A stretch of DNA of 48,527 bases. Origin: an uncultured Anaerolineales bacterium (GTDB lineage: Bacteria; Chloroflexota; Anaerolineae; B4-G1; SLSP01). The notes under the pieces are model-generated. The model searched no databases. It was not told where the DNA came from and worked only from the letters and a program-made list of their open reading frames with translations. How positions within the stretch are numbered: position 1 is the first letter of the stretch; every line of letters starts with the position of its first letter. The DNA is taken from positions 1 to 48,527 of the forward strand of contig CAZYYC010000002.1 in the NCBI GenBank assembly GCA_964650935.1, in the 5' to 3' direction. This document shows, one piece after another, positions 8,661-17,302 of this stretch. The position numbers and the translations under genes were made by a program.

Positions 8661-10168
8661 GGTCCGGCGGCAAGGGCCTGCCAATGGCCGTAGGCGTTCA
8701 GGTTGCCATAGGAGAAGAGCGCGTGGCCCTGAGCGCCGGCCTCGCGGGCCGTCCGGATGCGCCAAGCGATAGCGTCGAAGTCCTCGGTGACGCCGATACC
8801 GGGATAGACCGGATGCCCCTGGCTGTCGTCGAGGAAATCGTGCATCAGGGCTTGCCAGTTGTCGGGTTGGTCGGCATAGCTGCCGTAGAGCATCGGGACG
8901 ATAGCGTCAAGCGCGCCGGTCACGAGCCAGCCTTTGGAGTCCTGGTAGTAGCGGGTGAGTCCATCGGTGTAGGATGGCCAGACGGCAGCGGAGAGGAGAG
9001 TACGCTCCTGTGACTTCCCCATCACAGACATGCTTGAACGATCTCCTGTGTCGACGTGTGAGAGGGTGGTGTAGATCCTGCGGACTAGGCCGGTGATGCG
9101 CTCCTGCTGCCATTGGGCGCGCTGGGCCGTCGGATCGGTGCCGGCGGCGGCATTGCTGAAGGGATCGTAGGAGTAGTCGGGCCCGGCGTAGCGGACGAGG
9201 TCGAGATGGATGCCGTCGACGGCGTAACGCTCGGCGATGTCGGTGACGACGGAGAGAACGTGATCGTTGACCAGGTCGACGCCGGGACTGGCCCACAGGT
9301 AGTTGCCCTCGCTCGGGGCCATCGGCACGGGTGGGGAGCCGGCGGTGTACTGACGCCAGGTGTAGCCAAGGGCATGTTCGCCTGGATGGGCCTCGTAATG
9401 AGGTCCATAGGTGAAGCGATCGAACATCTGCGGCGGATCGGTGGCGGGAGGGAAGAGGTCGCCGTAACCGGCGGGCGGGGACTGCCAGGCGGGGTAGACG
9501 TTGACGTAGGCGTGGACCTCAAGGCCGGCAGCGTGCCCGCGCTCGATCATATAGGCGAGCGGATCCCAACCGGGGTCGACGCCGAGCGTGGTGGAGACAG
9601 GACCGGCGGTGAGGCGGGCGGCCCAGGGTTCCAGATCGGAGGCGTAGTAGGCGTCTCCGGCGGCACGGATCTGGAAGAAGATAGTGTTGAGGCCGGCGGA
9701 GGCGATGTTGGTGACGAGGGTGTCGACGTCCTCGGGTCGGGGCGTGCGCTCGAGGGTGGTCCAGTCGAAGCGGGTGACCCAGACGGCGCGGAGCTCGGTG
9801 ATGGGGACCGGGGCGGAGGTGATGAGGGGGAGATAGGCACGTGGCGCGAGGTCCTCCCCTTCCAGCTCACCCACGGTGGTTGGGAGAGCCGGCGACGAAG
9901 ACGCCGGACCGGCGGAGGGCAGGATCGTGCTTGGGGTCGCCGGCGCAGCATGCAGGAGCTGCCAGGTGTCGGCGCGGCCCAGGGAGGCAGCGACGGTATC
10001 GAAGTCGACGGCGGTGGTGGGCGCGGGCGGTGGCGTGAGGAGGCAGAGTAGCATAAGCAGGGCGATGAGGAGCGGGCGGGTGCCGTGGACGGTTCTTACG
10101 TCTTGCTGTCCTCCGCCACAGCATAGGGGGAGGCTCACACGATCCTGGGTCCCCCGTGGCTTGAGCAT
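8633..10168 (-). CDS. Exported glycoside-hydrolase-like family 10 (GHL10 / DUF187, YngK-like) protein
   Basis: N-terminal hydrophobic anchor/signal (PLLIALLMLLCLL) followed by a Pro/Ala/Ser/Thr linker. TIM-barrel-like blocks follow: RAVWVTRFDW, NTIFFQIRAAGDAYYASDLEPWA, AAGLEVHAYVNVY, DGIHLDLVRY. The 3' end overlaps the convergent SixA-like gene by 28 nt. Confidence 0.7.
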   Translation of the reverse strand: MLKPRGTQDRVSLPLCCGGGQQDVRTVHGTRPLLIALLMLLCLLTPPPAPTTAVDFDTVAASLGRADTWQLLHAAPATPSTILPSAGPASSSPALPTTVGELEGEDLAPRAYLPLITSAPVPITELRAVWVTRFDWTTLERTPRPEDVDTLVTNIASAGLNTIFFQIRAAGDAYYASDLEPWAARLTAGPVSTTLGVDPGWDPLAYMIERGHAAGLEVHAYVNVYPAWQSPPAGYGDLFPPATDPPQMFDRFTYGPHYEAHPGEHALGYTWRQYTAGSPPVPMAPSEGNYLWASPGVDLVNDHVLSVVTDIAERYAVDGIHLDLVRYAGPDYSYDPFSNAAAGTDPTAQRAQWQQERITGLVRRIYTTLSHVDTGDRSSMSVMGKSQERTLLSAAVWPSYTDGLTRYYQDSKGWLVTGALDAIVPMLYGSYADQPDNWQALMHDFLDDSQGHPVYPGIGVTEDFDAIAWRIRTAREAGAQGHALFSYGNLNAYGHWQALAAGPYLIPASPP

Positions 10169-10250
10169 AAGCAGAGTCTAGGCACCTTTCCGGCAGCGGC
10201 AAGTGGGAAAGATGGCGGCACGCCGAGACGCGGCTGCCCGTCGGATGTGT

Positions 10251-10291
10251 CCCTTCCGGGCTGCGTTACCTCAAGCAACAGCCCGGAAGGG
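10251..10291 (-). terminator. Perfect 13-bp stem hairpin directly downstream of the 10304 stop codon
   Basis: cccttccgggctg (10251-10263) pairs with cagcccggaaggg (10279-10291) around a 15-nt loop. No clear U-tract follows on the minus strand. It separates the ABC/hydrolase operon from the GHL10 gene. Confidence 0.5.
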
Positions 10292-10303
10292 GGGCGGTTC
10301 GCG

Positions 10304-12499
10304 CTAGTTGCCCAGCTCGAATGTACGGGTAGCGCGAGCCCGTAGGTGCAGCGAGGTGGTGGTGCCGTCGTCGTAGACAAGGCGCAGATCGCGGTCGGCA
10401 CCGGTCGTATCGGTCAGGACAAGGGTCGTGCCGTCGAGTGTGACGGTGACGCTGTCGATGCCGAAGGCGAGGCCGCGTGGTCGATCGATGTAGACGTCGC
10501 CGAAGTGGTCATAGATGCGGTTGCGCGCCTCGGCAGCGGCGCCGTTGCCCCAGTCATAGATGGTGAAGCTGCCGATCCCGCCGCCCTCGGGCGTGGTGTA
10601 GCCGGTGTGTCCGTAGTTCTCCATCGTGAAGCCGTAATCCTCGGGCCCAAAGAAGGGCCAGACCTTCTCCCACAGGGCCTTAGCCTCGGGATTCTGCGGG
10701 CAGTACATCATGACGAAGGCGGACTTTAGGGCTGCAATGCCGCGTTCGAAGAGGTGGGGATCCCCGGTCTCGCGGTAGTAGGCGAGGAAGAGCTCGGCGA
10801 AAAGACACTGACGAGAGTCGTTCCACTCACCGTCAAAGTTCATGACGCCGAAGCCGCCGAGGGCGGGGATGTAGATAAAGGGCGGCTGCCAGGTCTGTTG
10901 GGTCATGGAGAGCTCGTCGAGCGTGCGGCGACCCCACCTGAGGTAGCGTTCGTCACCGGTGACGCGGTAGGTCTCGAGCAGGGCCTCGGCAGTCCAAAAC
11001 ATCGAGAAGTTGCACTGCTTGTACATCCCGTTGCGGGGGATGCGGTGTCCGAGATACGTTTCCTTGCCGAAGCTGCAGCACGACCAGTAGGTCTCGAAGT
11101 CCTCCCACCGACCGTTGGGGACGATCTCGATAAGGACGGCATCCATTGCGCGCAGCGCGGCTTCACGATAGCGGGCATCGCCGGTGAGCTCGGCGAGTTT
11201 GAGTAGGAAAGTGACACTCATGCTGGTCTCGGGAGACTCGGCAAGCACGTCGGCAGGGGCGAGGGTGTCGGGATGGAGCCAGGCGGGGAAGAAGCCCTTG
11301 TCATCCTGGAGGGTGAGGAGTTTGTCAGCGTAGGTGCTGACGTAGGTGAGCAGGTCGGCATCGGGATCGAGCTCCTCGTACCAGCGGAGCATGAGCAGGG
11401 CGGTCCAGCTGGCATCAAGGATGTGGTACCAGGCATCGGTAATGCCACGCTCGCGGGGACTTCGATTGGAGTTGGTCCAGTAGCCGGTCTCCCAGCCGAG
11501 AGAACGCTGGATGTCCTCGCCATCGATCGTCACGGTGGTCATCTCGGTGCGGTAGACGCCGGGGAAGATGCCCTCCTTGAAGGGCGCGGCGAGGGCGAAG
11601 GCCTTGGTCAGATCGGCGCGCCGGCGCAGGTCGGTGTCACCGGTGCGGCGGGCATAGCGGAAGAGGCCCGAGGCGCCGCGGAGCGAGGAGAACCAGGCCT
11701 GATTCCAGATGGAGAGGAACTCGCGCAGGGTCGTGTGGCCGGGATAGTTGGGCGACTCGGTGACGTTGACGATGAAGGCAGGGGCGCCGACGGTCTGCCC
11801 GTCGAGCTCGAACTCCTGCCAGACGGCGTCCTCCCATGTGTCAAAGGCCCACCGATAGACGTGCTCGACATAGCGGTCGAGGGGCACCTTCAGGGGCTCG
11901 CCCTGGTTGTAGAGGGGCCGGGCGTAGCGCTGCCAGAGGAAGTGGGCCACGCGATCCCAGGGGTTGCGCGGCGTCGCTGTGTCGCGGTAGGCAAGGACGT
12001 AGAAACCAAGCTCGATCAGCCCGGGCTGGAGTGTCATGCCGGTGACCTTCTCGTACTCAACGTGCTGCGAGATGCGGGTAGCGCTCAAGCCGATCCACCA
12101 ACGCTTCTCAGGGGCGTCGACATCCAAGAACCAGGGATTGTCGGGTAGGGCGCCGCAGATATCGAGATCGGGCACGAGGATCAGCGTGCGATCGCGGTCA
12201 GCTGCGATGAGAGCAGGGGAACGGAAGACGTGCTGGGCGATGCAGGTGCCCTCACGCGGCGCAAGATGGGGCGCCCACCAGAAATCGGGGTCGATGGCGA
12301 GATGGAACGCGATGGCGAGCTCATCCTGGGTGAGCGGGGCGTCTAGGCGCCAGGCAACGCGGACGCGCTGCCAGCCATCGCCGACGTCGGATATGTCGAC
12401 GGTGGGAGATGAGGCGCCAAGGGTTGGGACTGCAAATGTGGCCCAGGTCTCGTCGCCGATGCGCAGAGCTGCGTTGCGGTCAGATAGGTCAATGTCCAT
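10304..12499 (-). CDS. Uncharacterised cytoplasmic 731-aa protein, putative alpha/alpha-toroid (six-hairpin-like) carbohydrate-active enzyme; paralog of 12504-14801
   Basis: AAGGAGG Shine-Dalgarno 9 nt before ATG 12499. No signal peptide. Repeated helical-hairpin signatures: TGDARYREAALRAMDAV, TGDERYLRWGRRTLDEL, TGDPHLFERGIAALKSAF. Blocks shared with the neighbour are listed in the findings. It carries an extra C-terminal beta-rich tail. The family assignment is inference only. Confidence 0.6.
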   Translation of the reverse strand: MDIDLSDRNAALRIGDETWATFAVPTLGASSPTVDISDVGDGWQRVRVAWRLDAPLTQDELAIAFHLAIDPDFWWAPHLAPREGTCIAQHVFRSPALIAADRDRTLILVPDLDICGALPDNPWFLDVDAPEKRWWIGLSATRISQHVEYEKVTGMTLQPGLIELGFYVLAYRDTATPRNPWDRVAHFLWQRYARPLYNQGEPLKVPLDRYVEHVYRWAFDTWEDAVWQEFELDGQTVGAPAFIVNVTESPNYPGHTTLREFLSIWNQAWFSSLRGASGLFRYARRTGDTDLRRRADLTKAFALAAPFKEGIFPGVYRTEMTTVTIDGEDIQRSLGWETGYWTNSNRSPRERGITDAWYHILDASWTALLMLRWYEELDPDADLLTYVSTYADKLLTLQDDKGFFPAWLHPDTLAPADVLAESPETSMSVTFLLKLAELTGDARYREAALRAMDAVLIEIVPNGRWEDFETYWSCCSFGKETYLGHRIPRNGMYKQCNFSMFWTAEALLETYRVTGDERYLRWGRRTLDELSMTQQTWQPPFIYIPALGGFGVMNFDGEWNDSRQCLFAELFLAYYRETGDPHLFERGIAALKSAFVMMYCPQNPEAKALWEKVWPFFGPEDYGFTMENYGHTGYTTPEGGGIGSFTIYDWGNGAAAEARNRIYDHFGDVYIDRPRGLAFGIDSVTVTLDGTTLVLTDTTGADRDLRLVYDDGTTTSLHLRARATRTFELGN

Positions 12500-12503
12500 G
12501 GTG

Positions 12504-14801
12504 TTAGGCCTCCTTGGTAGGTAGACGTGGGCTCATGTGCTGCGAAGCGCCCCCGGATCTCAGGAAATAGGCGGCGGTGGCTAAGGCGCTGCCGGTTCCC
12601 CAATCGAAGCCGCTGACCCCGCACAGGCCGTCGTGACCGCCATGAGCGTGGTTCTCAGCAGCAAGGCCCTGGAGTGCGCGATGCCAACCGGTGGGATAGA
12701 GGGTGCTGAGGACAGGTAGGTAGGTGGTTGTGAATGCTGCATAGAGCGCGGCTTGGGCGCGTTCAAGGTGTTCGACGTCGCCCAGCAGGTTGTAGAGGTC
12801 CAGATGGGTGTCGGCGAACTGCGCCTGACGTGCGTCGCTCCACTCCCCATCCGTGTTCATGACCCCGTAGCCGCCAAAGGCGGCGAAGTTCAGGAAGGGC
12901 GGATCCCAGACCTGCTGGTAGAGCGTGAGGCGATCCATCACCCGGCGGGAAAGCGTGAGATGGCGGGGATCGCCGGTGACCTCGTGGAGGGCCAGGAGCC
13001 CGGCTGCCGCGGTGTGCATACACAGTGTGTTCTGGGGCCATTGACCGGAGCGGTGGTCGTAGGCGTCGAGGGGCTTGGGGGAGCAGGAGTAGTAGAGCTC
13101 AAAGTCGATCCAACGGGCCTGGGCGATGGCCCAGCTTTCGAGCCACGCTACAGAGCGAACTGCGGCACTGAGGAAGCGCTCGCGATCCGGATCGTCCGGC
13201 GGAAGAGCGCGGGCCAACTCCGCGAGGAACAGCAGCGAGGTAGCGTCCTCGGCGCTGTTAACGAAGCGCTCCTCGGGCCAGAGACGGAGGAGGCCGTGGG
13301 CGATGTAGCGGTCGCCCGGATCGTGCGCCTCAATGTCGGCCAGCTGCGCGGCATGATCCACGTGCGTGACCGGCGCGAAGGTGTGCGCATCGACGTAGGC
13401 GGGGAAGCTTCCCTTCTCGTCTTGCAGGGAGAGAAGGCCCTGGGCATAGGTGCGGGCGAAATCCAGTGATCGCGCATCCGGTTCAAGGTCACGCTGCCAG
13501 CGGAGGAGGTGATAGGCGGTCCAGGACATATCGAAGAGATGGTAGATGCCTAGGCCACCACCCTGTGGGTGGCTATGAACCCAGCGGTGGGGTGTCGACA
13601 CGTCGCCGAAGACGAAGACGGTGGGAAAGAGGCCGCGTTCCTGAGGCGCGGCGAGGACGAGGTCGCGCGTAGCGCGGGCGCGATCGACCCAATCGGATGT
13701 CCCGGTCTCCTTGCCCCAGACATAGAGTCCATAGGCCGAGCGAAGCTGGTTGAACCAGGTGCAGAACCAGACGTCATTGCGGTAGGCGCGATGGATGCGG
13801 AGGGCGCCGACACGCCGTCCATCGAGTGTGGTCTCGTCCCACAACTGGTCGAGGGCGCGAGGGTAGATCTGCCGGGCGAGTTCGGGAAAGGTGGCGGGCA
13901 TGGGGTGCGCAGCCGCGGCAGAACGCTTGCCGGCGTCGGTCCACAGTTTGCGGTTGGCCGCGTCGAGGGAAGCCCCTGGCGGCGCATCGGCGGCGGCGAA
14001 GAGATGATAGGTGAAGTGCAGGGGGCGTGTGGGCGGGAGCTCGCCGGGAAGATCCGGGCCATCGGGGGCGGGATGGGCGGCGTAGTAGACGTGGCCGCGG
14101 ACGTGGTGGGCACGAAGGCCGACGCGGAAGGTGGGCACACCATCGTCACGCAGCAGCGCCATACAACCGGGTAGTGACTGTAGTTTGCCGAGGGTGCCGG
14201 TGTCGTAGATGAGGGCTGCGGCGCGATCGCCGCTCTGGGCGGTAAGGGCCGGCGACCGGAGCACGTGTCGCCCGATCACGTCGTGGGGCTCGGGTGTGAG
14301 GACGGGCGAGAAGACCTCATCAGGCGGCGACGCCTCGTCCGGCGCACCGGACACGTGCCGGCCGACGAAGCGCCAAGCGGCCTCGAACCAGTCGACCGTG
14401 GTATCCGGTCGGGTGCGGTCGGCGGCGAGCACCTCGCTGACGCGAATCCAGGAGCTGTCATCGTCCAGGCGTAGGGTCAGGGCAAACGTAGTAGGGCCTG
14501 CGCTGCCGCGGATGGTCAGCTGGGCCGCCCCGGCGAGGCCCGTCTCGAGCTCAAGACATGGCATATCGGGATGCTCGGCGCGCAGGGCCGCGTTGGCGGG
14601 GTTGGTCGCGTTGGTGCCGCTACGCTCCAGGATGGAGACGAAGCCGTGGCCTGCCTGCCAAGCTGAGATGCGCAGGTGGAGCGCGCCGGCAACTACGGAG
14701 GCTTCGAGTTGGATGCGTTCGTTGTGGATCGTGACGTGATTGGGGGTCTGAACACTGTGCATGGTGTGACCTTTCGTCGTGGCGTGTGCCGAAGCGATCA
14801 C
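12504..14801 (-). CDS. Uncharacterised cytoplasmic ~750-aa protein, putative alpha/alpha-toroid carbohydrate-active enzyme; paralog of 10304-12499
   Basis: Homology to the downstream gene is clear by eye: IYHLFDMSWTAYHLLRW, LQDEKGSFPAY, RWIDFELYYSC, GGYGVMNTDGEWSDARQ, FDWGTG. The stop lies 4 nt before the next start. Start is either GTG 14801 or ATG 14762. Confidence 0.6.
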   Translation of the reverse strand: MIASAHATTKGHTMHSVQTPNHVTIHNERIQLEASVVAGALHLRISAWQAGHGFVSILERSGTNATNPANAALRAEHPDMPCLELETGLAGAAQLTIRGSAGPTTFALTLRLDDDSSWIRVSEVLAADRTRPDTTVDWFEAAWRFVGRHVSGAPDEASPPDEVFSPVLTPEPHDVIGRHVLRSPALTAQSGDRAAALIYDTGTLGKLQSLPGCMALLRDDGVPTFRVGLRAHHVRGHVYYAAHPAPDGPDLPGELPPTRPLHFTYHLFAAADAPPGASLDAANRKLWTDAGKRSAAAAHPMPATFPELARQIYPRALDQLWDETTLDGRRVGALRIHRAYRNDVWFCTWFNQLRSAYGLYVWGKETGTSDWVDRARATRDLVLAAPQERGLFPTVFVFGDVSTPHRWVHSHPQGGGLGIYHLFDMSWTAYHLLRWQRDLEPDARSLDFARTYAQGLLSLQDEKGSFPAYVDAHTFAPVTHVDHAAQLADIEAHDPGDRYIAHGLLRLWPEERFVNSAEDATSLLFLAELARALPPDDPDRERFLSAAVRSVAWLESWAIAQARWIDFELYYSCSPKPLDAYDHRSGQWPQNTLCMHTAAAGLLALHEVTGDPRHLTLSRRVMDRLTLYQQVWDPPFLNFAAFGGYGVMNTDGEWSDARQAQFADTHLDLYNLLGDVEHLERAQAALYAAFTTTYLPVLSTLYPTGWHRALQGLAAENHAHGGHDGLCGVSGFDWGTGSALATAAYFLRSGGASQHMSPRLPTKEA

Positions 14802-14914
14802 GATAGGCCCGGATGCGTCGTGAGAGCAGGTCCGGACACGGCGGTGATGCCTCGGTACCGTGTGATGTCATGCGTGCGTCGAGGGCCACCTGTGGCTCAC
14901 CTTCTCATCCCGGC

Positions 14915-16189
14915 CTAGAACCTCACGAGGTGGAAGTCGGTCTGGCGACCGTGGATGGGATAACAGCCGTCGCGCGTGAAGGCGACATCCTGTTCCATCG
15001 AGAAGGTGACCTCCTGTCCATCCCACTCCGGGACGGGTGCGGTGATCGAGAGCTCCATGGTGAACGTCTGGTTGGTCTCGAGCGTGACGTCACCGCGGCC
15101 CTCGCACCTCTCCTGTTCCCAGGGCAGGCCGATGAGGGGGCCCGGCTCATGGAGGAAAAAGCCGAGACTATGGGAATAGACCTTGGGCTTGGGTATGCCG
15201 GCGGCGTGGGCCCGCGTGAGAATGGTTTCCAGGAGTTGGTTGCCGGTCAGACCGGCTTGAAAGGAGGCCATAAAGATGTCCTGAAGGCGGTTGCCCTCAG
15301 CCATCAGGTGCCGAAGTCCCGTGGGCGCACTCCGTTCGCCCGGGCGGAGGATGTAGGCCCACTCCTGATGATCGCTATTGAGACGGAGGTATTTGATCCC
15401 GACATCCGAATGGATCATATCGCCGGGACGAATGACCTGGTCATCGGCGCCATACCGAGTGCGCATGGCGTCGCTACGGACCAAGTTGAAGAAGGGCTTG
15501 AAGGCCAGGTCAAGGCCGAGCTCCGCCGCCGACTGCCAGTAAGCCCACTCAAGATCGCGAGTCGTCGTAACGCCGGGGACGATGGTCGCGGTGCTGTAGC
15601 AGGCGCCCAGCAGGTGGTGGGCCACGTTGACGACGTGATGAAAGGCGGTCAGCTCACGGTCGGTGAGGCAGGCAAAGAAACGGGTGATGAGAGGTTCGGC
15701 GGAGACGAGGCGTTCGGCGAAGGACGGCGGTAGGGTGGCGAGAAGGCGATCATAAAGGGTGTGAGTGAGGCCGCCCGCAGCCCACTGCGTCGTCCCGATG
15801 TTGATGCCGATGCGCTTGGGGTTGCGGGCTTCAATGCACTGGCGCAGTAGGGGCCACTGTTCCTCGTGATGGCGCCCGGTCCAGGGTCGCTCATAGAGCC
15901 CCTGGGTGTCGGTCATCGAGAGGTTCAGGCGTTCAACACCCAGATCAGGTCCGCGGTCATAGAAGACCAGGACTTGGAGGATGGGGCACCACGTGTTGAT
16001 GGGGATGAGGTGGGTGAAGACGGGATCGAGGTTGTCCTCCTGGCAGATGATGAGCCACATGTCGAGGCCGCACTCACGCATCAGAGAAGGGAGGAGGTCA
16101 GTGAGCCGTTCGTCAAGGAGGTCATACGTAAGGGCCGCGCGCTCACGCATGGTCAGGATTCGAGGCATCGGTGATACCGAGCTAGGCAT
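14915..16189 (-). CDS. M24-family metallohydrolase (Xaa-Pro peptidase / creatinase fold)
   Basis: AGGAGG 8 nt before ATG 16189. The pita-bread metal ligand pattern looks intact: HSD...(11 aa)...NSD, YSHSLG, TMELS, SMEQD. The N-terminal creatinase-like domain begins MRERAALTYDLLDERL... Confidence 0.75.
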   Translation of the reverse strand: MPSSVSPMPRILTMRERAALTYDLLDERLTDLLPSLMRECGLDMWLIICQEDNLDPVFTHLIPINTWCPILQVLVFYDRGPDLGVERLNLSMTDTQGLYERPWTGRHHEEQWPLLRQCIEARNPKRIGINIGTTQWAAGGLTHTLYDRLLATLPPSFAERLVSAEPLITRFFACLTDRELTAFHHVVNVAHHLLGACYSTATIVPGVTTTRDLEWAYWQSAAELGLDLAFKPFFNLVRSDAMRTRYGADDQVIRPGDMIHSDVGIKYLRLNSDHQEWAYILRPGERSAPTGLRHLMAEGNRLQDIFMASFQAGLTGNQLLETILTRAHAAGIPKPKVYSHSLGFFLHEPGPLIGLPWEQERCEGRGDVTLETNQTFTMELSITAPVPEWDGQEVTFSMEQDVAFTRDGCYPIHGRQTDFHLVRF

Positions 16190-16281
16190 AGATACGCCTC
16201 CTAACTATCTTTGATGGCTCTAAGGGTGGCAGCGTCGCCGGATCCGTGATCCGATGGGTTTCGCGCGGGCAGAACAAGAGT

Positions 16282-16386
16282 GCCAGACCTTGCGAGGGCT
16301 TGGTGTTGTGTTGTGCGTTGGGCCCCGTGTGTGCGTTGCGGTCTATCTTGGGATGGGACTGCGTGACCCTCGCAAGGTCGTCTGGC
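16282..16386 (-). promoter_or_regulatory. Long-range intercistronic stem (17 bp with a 3-nt bulge) enclosing about 68 nt of GT/CA-rich sequence, between the permease and M24 genes
   Basis: gccagaccttgcgaggg (16282-16298) pairs with ccctcgcaaggtcgtctggc (16367-16386). The loop contains gtgttgtgttgtgcgttg and gtgtgtgcgttgcgg. It sits in the 213-nt gap within an otherwise tight operon. Confidence 0.45.
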
Positions 16387-16402
16387 TAAGGTTGGGCCGG
16401 CT

Positions 16403-17290
16403 CTATCCTTTGATGCCGGTGAGGGCAATGCCCTCAACAATGAGGCGCTGGGCGAAGAAGTAGAGGATGATAGGCGGGAGGAGGATGACGACGGAGGCTG
16501 CCATCAGGTAACCCCATTGCGTGCTGTACATGCCGCGGAAGGTGGCGAGTCCGAGAGAAAGGTTGAACTTGTTGGCATCGTTCAGGATGATGAGGGGCCA
16601 GAGGAAGTCATTCCAGCCGTTGATGACGGAGAAGACGGTGACGGTAGCGAGAGCGGGCTTGGAGAGCGGCATGATGATGCGCCACCAGATGCCGATGTAG
16701 CCACATCCATCGATCTTGGCAGCATCATCGAGTTCTCGGGGAATGCCCATATAGAACTGGCGTAAGAGAAAGATGTAGAAGGCGCTGCCGAAGAAGGCGG
16801 GGACGAGGAGTGGGAGATAGGTGTTGATCCAGTTCAGCTCCTTGTAGAGGATGAACTGGGGGACCATCGTGACCTGTCCCGGCAACATCATGGTCGAGAG
16901 CAGAACCATAAACAGGAGGTTCTTCCCGGGAAAGTTGAGGCGGGCGAAGCCGTAGACTACCCAGGAGCTGGAGAGGACGATGCCGAAGGTGCCGACGGTG
17001 GTGAGGAAGAGGGTGTTCTTGAGCAGCTGCCAGAACTTCATCAGGTCGAGCGCTTCGGGATAGTTCTGCCAGAGGATCGGATTCGGTATCCACTGAGGTG
17101 GATAGATCCAGATGCGCGCCTCGACTTTGAGCGAGGAGGAGAGCATCCAGAAGAAGGGTAGGGAGAAGATGATGCCAAGGGCGGTGAGAAAGAAGTACCA
17201 GAGAACCTTGGAGAGCGTCTTCTGGACGCGGTACCAACTGAAGTGCCGAGTGCGCGAAAGTGTGCTGTGTTGTATGTCTTGGGCCGCCAT
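16403..17290 (-). CDS. Carbohydrate ABC transporter permease (MalG-like)
   Basis: 295 aa with 6 TM segments. The EAA-loop region reads PRELDDAAKIDGCGYIGIWWRIIMPLSKPAL. Confidence 0.9.
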   Translation of the reverse strand: MAAQDIQHSTLSRTRHFSWYRVQKTLSKVLWYFFLTALGIIFSLPFFWMLSSSLKVEARIWIYPPQWIPNPILWQNYPEALDLMKFWQLLKNTLFLTTVGTFGIVLSSSWVVYGFARLNFPGKNLLFMVLLSTMMLPGQVTMVPQFILYKELNWINTYLPLLVPAFFGSAFYIFLLRQFYMGIPRELDDAAKIDGCGYIGIWWRIIMPLSKPALATVTVFSVINGWNDFLWPLIILNDANKFNLSLGLATFRGMYSTQWGYLMAASVVILLPPIILYFFAQRLIVEGIALTGIKG

Positions 17291-17302
17291 TTGTTTCCCC
17301 CC

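Noticed and set aside
8097-8765. 222-aa minus-strand ORF overlapping the SixA-like gene
   Set aside because: It is an Arg/Pro/His-rich antisense shadow. The plus frame carries the RHG and GHNPG catalytic motifs.
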